Source: Thermoanaerobaculia bacterium (GTDB lineage: Bacteria; Acidobacteriota; Thermoanaerobaculia; Multivoradales; UBA5704). Taken from it: a stretch of 64,000 nt of DNA. Made by a program: the position numbers and the translations under genes. The notes beneath the pieces were generated by a model. The model was not told where the DNA came from, searched no databases, and saw nothing but the letters and a program-made list of their open reading frames with translations. Shown here piece after piece: positions 55,701-64,000 of the stretch. The stretch is from positions 27,798 through 91,797 of the forward strand of contig DASVAS010000063.1 in the NCBI GenBank assembly GCA_036376245.1, given 5' to 3'. Numbering within the stretch: the first letter of the stretch is position 1; every line of letters starts with the position of its first letter.

Positions 55701-56242
55701 CGGAACTGCTCGGGGGGCATGTAGGACAGCGTCCCCATCGCCGTGCCCGCCCGGGTGAGGCGGGACTGGTCGGTGAGCCGGGCGATGCCGAAGTCCACGA
55801 TCTTCACCATGCCGTCCCGGGTGAGGATCACGTTGGCCGGCTTGATGTCGCGGTGGATGACGCCGCGCTCGTGGGCCTTGGCGAGGCCGGCGGCGATCTG
55901 GCAGGCGATCTCCACGGCCTCCGCGACGGTCAGGGGGCCGCCGTCCAGGCGCTCGCGGAGCGTCTCGCCCTCGCAGAAGGCCATGGCGAGGAAGACGGCG
56001 CCGTCCTCGGTCTCGCCGATCTCGTAGAGGGTGCAGATGTTGGGGTGATCGAGGGAGGAGGCGGCGCGGGCTTCGCGGAGAAAACGTTTCTTCTCGTCCT
56101 CGGGGGCGCCGCGCTGGGAGGCCAGGAACTTCAGCGCCACCACCCGGTCGAGCCTGAGGTCCAGGGCCTTGTAGACGATACCCATGCCTCCGCCGCCCAG
56201 GCGGTCGAGGATGCGGTAATGCGAGACCGTTTCGCCGATCAA
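52751..56242 (-). CDS. Tandem (dual) Ser/Thr protein kinase - TM - PD40/TolB-like beta-propeller protein (paralog of 44401-47970)
   Basis: Track ORF 52751-56908 was trimmed to the in-frame TTG at 56242, which overlaps the WS/DGAT TGA (TTGA). The N-terminus (M)IGETVSHYRILDRLGGGGMG aligns with LIGSTISRYRILERLGGGGAG of the paralog. Both kinase domains are intact (HRDIKPANVIL/DFGIARL and HRDLKPANIMI/DFGLAKL). A TM is followed by PD40 repeats. Confidence 0.9.
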   Translation of the reverse strand: MIGETVSHYRILDRLGGGGMGIVYKALDLRLDRVVALKFLASQRGAPEDEKKRFLREARAASSLDHPNICTLYEIGETEDGAVFLAMAFCEGETLRERLDGGPLTVAEAVEIACQIAAGLAKAHERGVIHRDIKPANVILTRDGMVKIVDFGIARLTDQSRLTRAGTAMGTLSYMPPEQFRGEAADARADVWSLGVVLYEMVAGRLPFEGSDEREIVRGILHHHPPSMSALRSGVPPALDRIVERALSKHPDDRPPDMERMLAELRDLTPGLKTSRSGDDGDQTLLDLPRSPTHAAPALPEVPGEGLIGRKIGPYRVLEYLGGGGMGVVYQAEDTRLSRVVALKFLPPELTRDPDAKARFMLEARAASALDHPNLCTILELGEAVDGRLYLAMPRYDGETLRRRIGRGPLPLEEVLEISEQIARGLTKAHRNGIVHRDLKPANIMITGDGVVKILDFGLAKLMGAAVSRTGSAAGTPAYMAPEQALGETVDARADLWSLGVVLYEMLAGHRPFRGEHEQAVIHSLLKASPEPLDHLRPEVPPVLARMVERLLAKSPADRYPTLDEPLAILRELRGQPLTGTLQHDLERRRRLGWWGAALIAAALAGWVLYLLLGRAGGSSQAPPVKTSFHRLTDQEGREWFPTLSPDGDFFAYVRTSPRGDLDIYLQRIGGGNPIPLTGDSPVDDTHPAFSPDGERIAFRSERDGGGVFVMGATGESVKRVTRFGYNPAWSPDGKEILVATEGVGAPDVRKTDSRIWRVDVASGQSKLVVTSDSVQPSWSPGGHRIAYWGVPLNSAKRVLWTVSADGGDAVQVTDDDYLNWNPVWSPDGKYLYFSSNRGGSMNLWRLPIDEATGRARGEAEPITTPSQWSGMMSLARDGRRILFATREGRSYLERVGLDPDGPAVTGPLTPVTQGYREVNYCRVSPDGQWLAFATGFPQEDLFVTRIDGSGLRQLTDDIFRDRNPGWSPDGRRILFYSDRGGRYDAWTIAPDGSDIEQMTATRGEPIFFPLWSPDGRRLVCGLGYTGPALIDPARPLRQRTPERLPDIPRGGPFFAFSWSPDGKRLAGTTGERGIFLFSLESRRYEQMTGHGMLPTWLHDGRNLVYLHEGKIFALDSRTKASRQLLAPPVGSSFVGLDVAPDDRALYVVRADDQGEICEISLP

Positions 56243-57672
56243 GCGCGCTTGTGTCCCTGGGGCCGCCTCGCCGCCCGGGCCCGCAGCTCTTCGAACTCCT
56301 CGTGGAAACCTCGCACGATGGCCTCGGGGTCCGGCACCAGCCCCGCGTCCGAGGCGAGCCCCATCCGGACGTGGCCGGCGTAGCTGAAGATGCTGATGCC
56401 GAGCCCCACCCGGCCCGACTGCGGCACCCAGAAGAAGATCTCCTTGATGGGCCTGCCCGCGAGGTAGAGCACCTCCCGGGGACCGGGTACGTTGGTCATC
56501 ACCGCCGTGGTCTTGGCGGCGAAGACGTCCACCACGATCTTCTGCACCAGCTCGGGGCTGACCCCCAGCAGCTTGAGGATGTTGTAGACCACGATGGGCT
56601 CGGCCGAGCGCTTCAGGCTCATCGACCGCCGGTGCAGCTCCGCCAGCCGCTCCACCGGATCCTCGATCCCCACCGGCAGCGAGAGGAAGATCAGGCCGAA
56701 CTGGTTGCCCAGGTCCGACATCTCGTCCAGCGACCGCAGGTTGACCGGCATCGCGGCCCGGAAGTTGAGGCCGTTCGCCTTCTCCCCCCGGTGGCCCAGG
56801 TAGCGCCGCAGCCCGCCCGTCATGGCCGAGAGCAGGACGTCGTTGACCGTCCCCTTGAGGGCCTTGCCGACCGCCTTGACCTCCTCCACCGTCAACGGAT
56901 CCGACCACGCGACCCGTTTGGGGACGCCCAGGGGGCCCTTGTAGATCGTGTCCGGATCGGACGGACGGAGCACGAGGCGACCCAGGGCGGTCGTGGAGGC
57001 CACACCCGTGACCATGGCGTTCATGGACTTGAACGCCTGGGCGGTCTGCTCGAGCAGCCGCATGCCGTCCGGCATGACGCGCTGGGCGAGCTCCTTGGCG
57101 GCCTCGAGGCCCCGGGGCGGCTTGCGGAAGAGCTCGGTGAAAGGGTTGTCCTCGAGATCGCCGTCGGGATCGGGCCCGGCCGGCTTCCCCACCGTCAGAT
57201 CGGTCAGCGAGAGCAGCACCAGCAGGAGGGCCATGCCGTCCCCGATGCAGTGATGGAGGCGGGCCATCAGGACGCAGCCCTGGCCCTTGTAGCGCTCCAG
57301 GAGATGGAAGCTCCAGAGCGGCCGCTTCGGAGGGAGGGGATCGCTCATCAGGCTGCTGACGATCTCCCGCAGGACGTTGTCGTCGCCGGGGGCGGGCAGC
57401 TCCATGCGATGGATGTGCTGATCGAGCTCGAACTCCGGGTCTTCCTCCCAGTAGGGATCGTCCTTGTAGTGGATGATGTGCTGGCGGAAGCGGCGGATGG
57501 GCAGGAGACGCCGCCGCAGGAGGGCCTTGATCCGTTCGAGGTCCACCGGCTCGTCCAGCACCAGCACGCCGTTGATGATCATCAGGTTGGCCGGATCGTC
57601 CATCCGCAACCAGGCGTGATCGACGGCGGAGAGCGGTTCCCGCATCTCATCGGTTTCTTCCGGAGAGACCAA
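56239..57672 (-). CDS. WS/DGAT-family acyltransferase (wax ester synthase/diacylglycerol acyltransferase)
   Basis: 477 aa with the catalytic motif HHCIGDG and an N-terminal LSAVDHAWLRMD pattern. The TTG start is preceded by GGGAGGAGG. Confidence 0.85.
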   Translation of the reverse strand: MVSPEETDEMREPLSAVDHAWLRMDDPANLMIINGVLVLDEPVDLERIKALLRRRLLPIRRFRQHIIHYKDDPYWEEDPEFELDQHIHRMELPAPGDDNVLREIVSSLMSDPLPPKRPLWSFHLLERYKGQGCVLMARLHHCIGDGMALLLVLLSLTDLTVGKPAGPDPDGDLEDNPFTELFRKPPRGLEAAKELAQRVMPDGMRLLEQTAQAFKSMNAMVTGVASTTALGRLVLRPSDPDTIYKGPLGVPKRVAWSDPLTVEEVKAVGKALKGTVNDVLLSAMTGGLRRYLGHRGEKANGLNFRAAMPVNLRSLDEMSDLGNQFGLIFLSLPVGIEDPVERLAELHRRSMSLKRSAEPIVVYNILKLLGVSPELVQKIVVDVFAAKTTAVMTNVPGPREVLYLAGRPIKEIFFWVPQSGRVGLGISIFSYAGHVRMGLASDAGLVPDPEAIVRGFHEEFEELRARAARRPQGHKRA

Positions 57673-57745
57673 GGCGTTCCTCCTCCCTGACGTGACAGGC
57701 GAAGTTTACACCCCGGGCTCCCGGTTATGATGGGTCGATCCCGCC

Positions 57746-58528
57746 ATGCCGACCCGCGCCCACACCTTCGACGCCGTCGCCTTCGTGGAGAATCTCTCGC
57801 TCAGGGAGATGAGCGCCGCCATCCCCGAGGCCCGGGGAGGCGTCCACGATCTGCGCCTCGCCCTGCCCGGCGGCGGCGAGGTCTTCCTCTACCCCTTCGG
57901 CGCCGTGGTCTTCCGGGACGTGCCGCGGGAAGGGCGCGAAAGCTTCCTGGGCCGCCTGCGCCAGCTCCGCCCGAACCTCACCGCCGAGATCGTCCGCGAG
58001 GACTTCGCCGTCCGGGAAGAGGAAGGCGCGGAGATCGGCCTGGCGGAAGGGGTGCTCACCGTGGACCGCCTGACCGCCGCGCGGGCGGCCATCGTGGCCC
58101 AGACCGTGGCCCAGAGCGCGGCCATGGAGTATTACGAGCGGATCGTCGACAAGCTCTTCGAGCGCACGGGCGACCTGGTGGCCCGCCTGGAGGTCCGCGG
58201 CACCGTCCCCCTGCGGGTCCGCCCCCTCCACCGCTTCATCGGCGAGGCGGTGGGCACCCGCAGCGAGGTGCTCTCGGTCCTCCACCTCCTGGACAAGCCC
58301 GACGCGGTCTGGGACGACCCGGCCATGGACCTCATCTATGACGACCTGCGGGCGGAGTTCGATCTCACCGACCGCTACCACGCGCTGGAATCCAAGATCC
58401 GCGGCGTCCAGGAAGCCCTGGAGCTGGTGCTGGACGTCGCCCGCGACCGCCGCCTCGTCCTCCTGGAGTCCGCGATCGTGCTGCTGATCGTGGTCGAGCT
58501 GGTGTTGTCGTTGCTGAAGCTGTATTGA
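57746..58528 (+). CDS. RMD1/DUF155-family protein
   Basis: 260 aa with the pattern FLYPFGAVVFRDV...IVAQTVAQSAAMEYYE...LLDKPDAVWDD... and a C-terminal TM helix (LLESAIVLLIVVELVLSLL). Confidence 0.65.
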   Translation: MPTRAHTFDAVAFVENLSLREMSAAIPEARGGVHDLRLALPGGGEVFLYPFGAVVFRDVPREGRESFLGRLRQLRPNLTAEIVREDFAVREEEGAEIGLAEGVLTVDRLTAARAAIVAQTVAQSAAMEYYERIVDKLFERTGDLVARLEVRGTVPLRVRPLHRFIGEAVGTRSEVLSVLHLLDKPDAVWDDPAMDLIYDDLRAEFDLTDRYHALESKIRGVQEALELVLDVARDRRLVLLESAIVLLIVVELVLSLLKLY

Positions 58529-58529
58529 C

Positions 58530-60008
58530 TTACCTGGGCAGCAGGTGCTTCTGCACCTTCCCCAGCGCGTTGCGCGGCAGGGATTCGACGGCCCGGATCT
58601 CCCGCGGCACCTTGAAGCCGGCCATCTGGGACTTGCAGAAGGCGATCAGCTCGTCGGGGTCCACGGGTGAGTCGGCGACGATCCAGGCCGCGGGGACCTC
58701 GCCCCACTCCGGATGGGGACGGCCCGCCACCGCGGCCTCGCGGACTCCGGGGAAGGAGGCCAGCACCTCCTCCACCTCGCGGGGGTAGATGTTGAAGCCG
58801 CCGCTGAGGATCAGCTCGCTGCTGCGGCCGAGCAGGGTGACGTAGCCCGTCTCCGGGTCCTTCCGCGCCAGGTCTCCGGTGCGGAACCAGCGCCGGCCGA
58901 GATCGTCGTGGACGAAGCTCTCCGCCGTCTTCTCGGGAGCGCGCCAGTAGCCGGAGAAGACGTTCGAGCCGCGGACCAGGAGATCCCCCTCCCCGCCGGG
59001 CTCCACGTCCTGGCCCCCGCGGTCCACGATGCGGATCGAGACGCCCGGCAGCGGCGTCCCCACCGTGCCCGGACGCCGCTCTCCGGCGTAGGGGTTGCTC
59101 AGGTTCATCCCCGTCTCGGTCATGCCGTAGCGCTCCAGGATGTCGTGGCCGGTCAGCTCGCGGAAGGCCTCGAAGGTCTCCGGCGACAGCGGGGCGCTCC
59201 CGGAGCAGAAGAGGCGCATGTGGGAGAGGCTTCCCCTGCCCCGCGACCGCAGCTCCTCCACCAGCCGGACGTACATGGTCGGGACGCCGAAGAAAAGCGT
59301 GGCCTCGCCCGCGAGCAGCTCATCGGCGACTCCGGCGGCGTCGAACCGCGGCCGCAGGCGCACCGTCGCTCCCGCCGCCAGGGCGCAGGTGAGCCCCACG
59401 ACCAGGCCGTGCGTGTGGAAGAGAGGAAGCGTGAGAAGGAGCGTGTCGGTCCGCTCCCAGGCCCAGGCGGCCAGGAGGCCCGTCACCGTCGCCAGGACGT
59501 TGTCGTGGGTGATCTCGGCCCCCTTGCTCCGTCCCGTGGTTCCCGAGGTGTAGAGAAGCATGGCGAGATCGCTCCCCTCCACCAGGGGCGGGACGAATTC
59601 GCCGGCCCGCCAGCCCGCGAGATCCTCGGCGAGGATCACCTCCCCGACGCTCCGGCGCTCGTCCGGCGCCAGCTCGTCCAGCCAGGGAAGCTGGGCCTTC
59701 TCGGTCAGCAGCAGCCGCGGCTCGGCGTCCGTCAGCATGTGGGCGATCTCGCGCCGCCGGTAGGCGAGGTTGATGGGGACCATCACCGCGCCGAGCTGGA
59801 GGACCGCCAGGTACGCCGCGACGAATTCGGGCCGGTTGCCGAGGAAGAAGGCCACCCGGTCCCCCTTCCGCAACCCCCGCTCCGCAAACCCGGCGGCGAG
59901 GCGGTCGGCGTCCGCGAACAGCTCGCGGTACGGGATGGATCTCCCCTCGAACCCGAGCGCGGTCCGCTCCGGCGCCCGGCGGCAGGCGAAAAGGTCGTGG
60001 AGGTTCAT
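58530..60008 (-). CDS. AMP-dependent acyl-CoA synthetase/ligase
   Basis: 492 aa. The AMP-binding motifs are LLYTSGTTGRSKGAEITH, GYGMTE-like YGMTETG, TGDLARKD and the C-terminal PRNALGKVQK. Its ATG immediately follows the upstream TGA. Confidence 0.85.
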   Translation of the reverse strand: MNLHDLFACRRAPERTALGFEGRSIPYRELFADADRLAAGFAERGLRKGDRVAFFLGNRPEFVAAYLAVLQLGAVMVPINLAYRRREIAHMLTDAEPRLLLTEKAQLPWLDELAPDERRSVGEVILAEDLAGWRAGEFVPPLVEGSDLAMLLYTSGTTGRSKGAEITHDNVLATVTGLLAAWAWERTDTLLLTLPLFHTHGLVVGLTCALAAGATVRLRPRFDAAGVADELLAGEATLFFGVPTMYVRLVEELRSRGRGSLSHMRLFCSGSAPLSPETFEAFRELTGHDILERYGMTETGMNLSNPYAGERRPGTVGTPLPGVSIRIVDRGGQDVEPGGEGDLLVRGSNVFSGYWRAPEKTAESFVHDDLGRRWFRTGDLARKDPETGYVTLLGRSSELILSGGFNIYPREVEEVLASFPGVREAAVAGRPHPEWGEVPAAWIVADSPVDPDELIAFCKSQMAGFKVPREIRAVESLPRNALGKVQKHLLPR

Positions 60009-62828
60009 TCAGGCCAGATCCGGCTCGCCGCAGCGTTCGAGGATCGCGGCGCGGCAGGCGTCCCGGAGCCGGACGCCCGCGTGCCATCCGGAGCCTTCGG
60101 GAGAGACGGGCGGCAGGACGGTCACGGAGATTTCGCCGCGGCGCGGGAAGAAGGTGTCGCCGCGGAAGATCCCGCGCGTACCCCGTAGGGCCACCGGCAC
60201 GACCGGGACCCCGGCGTCCACGGCGACCGCGAAGGTCCCCATGCGGAACGGCAGGAGGCCGGGGTAGCGCCGGAAGGTTCCTTCGGGATAGATCACCAGC
60301 GAGTCGCCCCCCTGCACCGCCTCCAGAGCCTTGCGGGTCTCCCCCGCTCCCTGCGTGGCGTCGAAGCGTTCCACGAAGAGAGTCCCCAGCCGCCGCAGCA
60401 GCGTCCGGGGCACGAAATTCTTCTCCAGCTCCCGCTTGACCACGTACGCGAAGTCCGGCGGCAGCAGGGCGGTCAGGACGAAGCCGTCCAGGTAGCTCTG
60501 GTGATTGGCGGCGACGATGCACGGCCGCGCTCCCGCGAAATGCTCCAGACCCTCGATCCGGGCGCGGACACCCACGCTCCGCAGCAGCAGCCGGGCCGCG
60601 CCGCGGGCGAGGCGCCGCCGCCGGGCGAGCCCCGGCGCGGCCACCACCACCGTCCAGATCGGCAGGGCCAGGAGCGAGACCGCCAGATAGAACCAGACGG
60701 CGTAGAGGACGTCTCCCGCCGAGCGCAGCCAGCGGGCGGCCTGAGCCCACAGGCCGGAGACGGCGAGACGGGCGAGTTGCGCCCCCAAGGCCGAGCCGCT
60801 CTTGCCGATCCGGCCCGACTCGTAGATCTCGCGGCTCGCCGTCCGGCGGATCTTGCCGCTGGAAGTCTTCGGCACGGTGTGGGGCGGCGCGAGGACGACG
60901 TCGTCGGCGGGCGTGCCCAGCAGGTCCACCGCCACGTCCTGGACCGCCTGGCGCAGGCGCTCCAGGGCCTCGCCGTCCGTCTCCCGGGTCTCGGCCAGGA
61001 TCACCAGGCGCTCGGTGCCGGTCGCCGGGTCGGGGCTGCCGAAGACCGCCACGCACCCCTTGCGCACCCCGGGCACGTCCCCCACCGCCCCCTCCAGCTC
61101 GTGGGGGTAGAGGTTGCGCCCGGCGCGGATGATGACGTCCTTGACCCGGCCGGTGATGTAGACCTCGCCGCCCGCGATGTAGGCGAGGTCCCCGGAGTCC
61201 CGCCACTCGCCGCGGACCAGCTTCGCCGTGGCCTCGGGATTGCGGAAGTAGCCGCTGGTGGCCGAGGGGCCCTTGAACTCCAGGCGGCCCTGCCGGCGTT
61301 CCTCCAATTCGCGGCCGGCGTCGTCCACGATGCGGATCTCGTGGTCCGGCAGCGGCACGCCGCAGGAGACGAACCGCAGGGCGTGGGCATCGTCCGGCGC
61401 GGCGGGCACGGCCCGGCCCGAGTCCTGGAAGGGCTCGCGCTGGATCGTGTCCACCAGCGGCGGCCGGCCCAGGGTCGGGAAGGCCAGGGCCAGGGAGTTC
61501 TCCGCCAGGCCGTAGACCGGGGCCAGGGAGCCGGGCCGGAAGCCGTAGGGCTCGTAACGCTCGATGAACTTCCGCACCGCCTCGGGGCTCACCGGCTCGG
61601 CGCCGTTCAGGGCCATGCGCCAGGAGGAGAGGTCGAGCCCGTCGATCTCCTCGTCCGTGACGCGGTTGACGCACAGCTCGTAGGCGAAGTTGGGAGCGGC
61701 GGAGAGCGTCCCGCGGTGGCGGTGGATCGCCCACAGCCAGCGCGAAGGCCGGGCGAGGAAGGTCAGCGGCGACATCAGCACCAGCGGCAGGCCGAAGTAG
61801 AGGCCGCCCATCCAGCAGCCGATCAGGCCCATGTCGTGGTACAGCGGCAGCCAGCTCACGATGACGTCCTCGGGGAGGATCTCCGCCCCCTTGCCGATGG
61901 CCCGCAGGTTGGCCAGCAGGTTGGCGTGGGTGAGGACGACGCCCTTGGGATTGCCCGTGCTGCCGGAGGTGAACTGGAGGAAGGCCACGTCCTCCTCGCG
62001 GACCGGGATGGGGAGCCACTCCTCGCGCCCGGGGGCCGAGAGCTCGGCCACGGTGACGACCTTGCGCACGCCGGGAAGCTGGGCGCTGAGCAGGCGGGCC
62101 AGGGGGAGCACCTCGGGGAACGCGACGAGCACCTCGGCGCCGGCGGTCTGGAGGATGCCGGCCTGGCGGCGGAGGTGGTCCTCGATCTGGCTCTTGCGGG
62201 CCGGGGGATAGAGCGGAACGGGGACGCCGCCCGCGAGCTGGGCGCCGAAGAAGGCGGCGAAGTACTCCAGTCCCGTCGGCAGCATGAGGCCGACCGCCTG
62301 GCCCCGCCCCACGCCCAGCCGTGCCAGCCCGGAAGCCACGGCCCGCGCGCGGCGGAGCAGCTCGCCGTAGGTCAGCTCCTCGGGATCGCCGTCGCCCGGG
62401 TAGTAGAGGATGTGCCGCCGGTCGGGATGCCGCTGGGCGTGCCACTCCAGCACCTCGACCAGCGTGCGGGTCCGGTCCGGGGCGGCTTCGGCGGCCTCCC
62501 CGGGCAGCGCCAGGATCTCCGGCGCGCCCGCGGAACGGGGATGGGCGGCCAGCAGGGCCTGTAGGAGGTCGCGGGGGGTCTCGGCCGAGCCCAGCAGGTC
62601 CTCGGGGAGGCGGACGCCGAAGCTCACTTCCAGCCGGGCCAGCAGCTCGACGCGGCCCAGGCTGTCCAGCCCGAGGTCCCGCTCCAGCGACGCGTCGAGG
62701 GTGAGCGAGCGCCAGGACTGGCGCTGCGGCTGCAGCTCCCGGGCGAGACCCTGGACCACCGCCATCACCGTCTCCGGCGACGGGGCCAGGGCCTCTTCGG
62801 AGCTTGTTTTTTCCGGGGCGAGCGTCAC
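60009..62828 (-). CDS. Tri-domain fusion: acyl carrier protein - fatty-acyl-AMP ligase - lysophospholipid (PlsC-type) acyltransferase
   Basis: 939 aa. The ACP phosphopantetheine site is LGLDSLGRVEL. The adenylation motifs are FLQFTSGSTGNPKGVVLTH and SGDLAY. The acyltransferase HX4D motif is AANHQSYLDG, followed by IYPEGT. The GTG start lacks a clear SD, and the ATG at 62765 is an alternative. Confidence 0.8.
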   Translation of the reverse strand: MTLAPEKTSSEEALAPSPETVMAVVQGLARELQPQRQSWRSLTLDASLERDLGLDSLGRVELLARLEVSFGVRLPEDLLGSAETPRDLLQALLAAHPRSAGAPEILALPGEAAEAAPDRTRTLVEVLEWHAQRHPDRRHILYYPGDGDPEELTYGELLRRARAVASGLARLGVGRGQAVGLMLPTGLEYFAAFFGAQLAGGVPVPLYPPARKSQIEDHLRRQAGILQTAGAEVLVAFPEVLPLARLLSAQLPGVRKVVTVAELSAPGREEWLPIPVREEDVAFLQFTSGSTGNPKGVVLTHANLLANLRAIGKGAEILPEDVIVSWLPLYHDMGLIGCWMGGLYFGLPLVLMSPLTFLARPSRWLWAIHRHRGTLSAAPNFAYELCVNRVTDEEIDGLDLSSWRMALNGAEPVSPEAVRKFIERYEPYGFRPGSLAPVYGLAENSLALAFPTLGRPPLVDTIQREPFQDSGRAVPAAPDDAHALRFVSCGVPLPDHEIRIVDDAGRELEERRQGRLEFKGPSATSGYFRNPEATAKLVRGEWRDSGDLAYIAGGEVYITGRVKDVIIRAGRNLYPHELEGAVGDVPGVRKGCVAVFGSPDPATGTERLVILAETRETDGEALERLRQAVQDVAVDLLGTPADDVVLAPPHTVPKTSSGKIRRTASREIYESGRIGKSGSALGAQLARLAVSGLWAQAARWLRSAGDVLYAVWFYLAVSLLALPIWTVVVAAPGLARRRRLARGAARLLLRSVGVRARIEGLEHFAGARPCIVAANHQSYLDGFVLTALLPPDFAYVVKRELEKNFVPRTLLRRLGTLFVERFDATQGAGETRKALEAVQGGDSLVIYPEGTFRRYPGLLPFRMGTFAVAVDAGVPVVPVALRGTRGIFRGDTFFPRRGEISVTVLPPVSPEGSGWHAGVRLRDACRAAILERCGEPDLA

Positions 62829-62876
62829 GGAGGGGACGCTACCCGCGATTCAAGGGAAAGACAAGGTGCCGGCGGG

Positions 62877-64000
62877 CTAGACCGCCCGCAGCATCGGCCG
62901 CCGGGGCTCGCCCATGCCGATCTCGAACTGATCCTCTTCCAGGTTCAGGTGGACGTGGAGGTCGACCGTCTCCAGGAGCTGCTCCATGAAGAAGTAGCGG
63001 AGCGGGGCGATGTGGACCTCTTCCTTCTTCCACTCGCCGAACAGGTCTTGCAGCAGGTGCTTCTCCGAGATGAGCTGCTGGCCGCACCAGCGCCGGATCA
63101 CGGGGTGCAGGTAGACGCTCTCGTCCGCCTTGCTCGGCTCGGGGTTGCGCGGGATGTTGAACGGATCCCCCTCGATCTTCCCGAGCTCCAGGGAGATCGT
63201 GTAGTAGTGGCTCTTCTGGCCGATCTCGCTGTCGTGGATGTAGGCGAGGGGCATCTCCTCGTAGTAGACGGCGTGGTCCCAGTCCTCGTCGACCACGATC
63301 ACGTCGTGGAGGAAGCCGAACTGCTGCCAGAGGGCCGAGCTGCGGTTGATCCGCGCGAGGGCGGCCTCGAGCAGGCCCTCCGGAGTCGCCTCGATCTCGC
63401 GGCTGGGCAGCCACTCGCGGCGGTGGTGCTTCTTCTCCAGCATCCGGTGGAGAGCCCGCACGTTGTAGCGGAAGCCGTGGATGAAGCCGGAAGTGTGCTT
63501 CTTGAAGTCGTTCGCCTGCATGAGCGTGCCGGCGAAGTAGAGGCCCGGCACGTTGATCGACTCCCACTCGGAGGTCTGCGCCGGGAAGCGGTTGTTGATG
63601 ACCAGCTCGGGCCGGCACTCCTCGGCGAAGATCGAGTCGTCGAAGCGGAAGCCGGTGCAGACGATCACCCGGTCGTAGATCAGCTCCTCGGTCTCGCCGT
63701 GGGCGTGGCTGTAGCGCACGGAGACCGCCAGCACGCCCTCGCGGCGCTCGATGCGCTCGATGACGCAGTCGAGCACGGCGTTCTGGGTCGTGAGCTGGTA
63801 GGTGTCGAGGAAGTTGTTGTTGACGGCCCGCAGGTGCCCCACGTAATGAGTCTTCCAGGCCAGCTTCACCGGGTTGGGGCTGGCGACGTGGATCATCGCG
63901 GTCGTCGGGATCAGGTTGTCCGCGGTCTCGAAGGCCGAGTTGCCCTTGCCCAGGACCAGCACCCGCTGGTTGGCGAAGTCCTCGGGGTCGACCGAGACGT
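62877..64000 (-). CDS. Flavin/NAD(P)-binding oxidoreductase (flavin-monooxygenase-like), 5' end outside the window
   Basis: The frame stays open to the window edge. The motif RVLVLGKGNSAFETA is a second dinucleotide-binding motif, and FRFDDSIF...GLYFAG is typical of FMO/pyridine-nucleotide-disulfide-oxidoreductase-like proteins. Confidence 0.6.
   Translation of the reverse strand, partial: VSVDPEDFANQRVLVLGKGNSAFETADNLIPTTAMIHVASPNPVKLAWKTHYVGHLRAVNNNFLDTYQLTTQNAVLDCVIERIERREGVLAVSVRYSHAHGETEELIYDRVIVCTGFRFDDSIFAEECRPELVINNRFPAQTSEWESINVPGLYFAGTLMQANDFKKHTSGFIHGFRYNVRALHRMLEKKHHRREWLPSREIEATPEGLLEAALARINRSSALWQQFGFLHDVIVVDEDWDHAVYYEEMPLAYIHDSEIGQKSHYYTISLELGKIEGDPFNIPRNPEPSKADESVYLHPVIRRWCGQQLISEKHLLQDLFGEWKKEEVHIAPLRYFFMEQLLETVDLHVHLNLEEDQFEIGMGEPRRPMLRAV

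Noticed and set aside
51938-56383. 1481-aa plus-strand ORF
   Set aside because: It is antisense to the HopA1-like, peptide and dual-kinase 2 genes, with low-complexity composition.
56243-56908. N-terminal extension of track ORF 52751-56908
   Set aside because: It overlaps the WS/DGAT gene and is G/R/P-rich. The paralog alignment supports the TTG at 56242 as the start.

Overview
Visibly high-GC (roughly two-thirds G+C by eye, not computed), densely coding bacterial chromosomal segment with about 50 protein genes. I recognised no rRNA, tRNA, CRISPR array, transposase or integrase. The gene content (Ser/Thr kinases fused to PD40/TolB-like propellers or TPR, a carboxypeptidase-regulatory-like domain, many TTG starts with 4-nt start/stop overlaps) is reminiscent of Acidobacteriota/Myxococcota-type genomes; this is inference only. 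All calls come from reading the supplied ORF translations and the DNA, with no database search. Many long ORFs in the track are antisense or out-of-frame shadows of real genes, and several real genes were trimmed to internal starts using SD motifs and neighbouring stops. Three peptide-natural-product-like loci stand out. (1) 44079-56242 holds two paralogous modules of a dual-kinase/PD40-propeller protein followed by a small peptide. One module continues into a HopA1-like protein and a kinase-LanC fusion, so it looks like a split lanthipeptide-type machinery with an unusual Cys/Thr-rich precursor. (2) 11259-20844 holds a radical SAM/SPASM maturase, a 68-aa leader-GG-core peptide and a fulvocin-C-like pro-bacteriocin. 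It also carries an ABC-2 exporter and a sigma-54 activator/GAF-kinase pair, wired by three sigma-54 promoters and three GGGTA-N6-TACCC dyads that are readable directly in the DNA. (3) 961-6253 encodes a Sec-signal 6-Cys peptide with a thioredoxin-fold protein, a 6-bladed propeller and an orphan RND pump. Other content includes an RND/MFP efflux pair, a c-di-GMP module (REC-HD-GYP, double-PilZ-hydrolase-methyltransferase, HK-REC-HK) and an S8 peptidase. There is also a PadR unit, a kinase-TPR protein, a HigBA-like TA pair and a lipid-type cluster (WS/DGAT, acyl-CoA ligase, ACP-FAAL-PlsC fusion, flavoprotein). Unusual intergenic repeats are present: 9-bp-periodic AAGGAC hairpins, a 21-bp phased dyad array and ACTTGG direct repeats.
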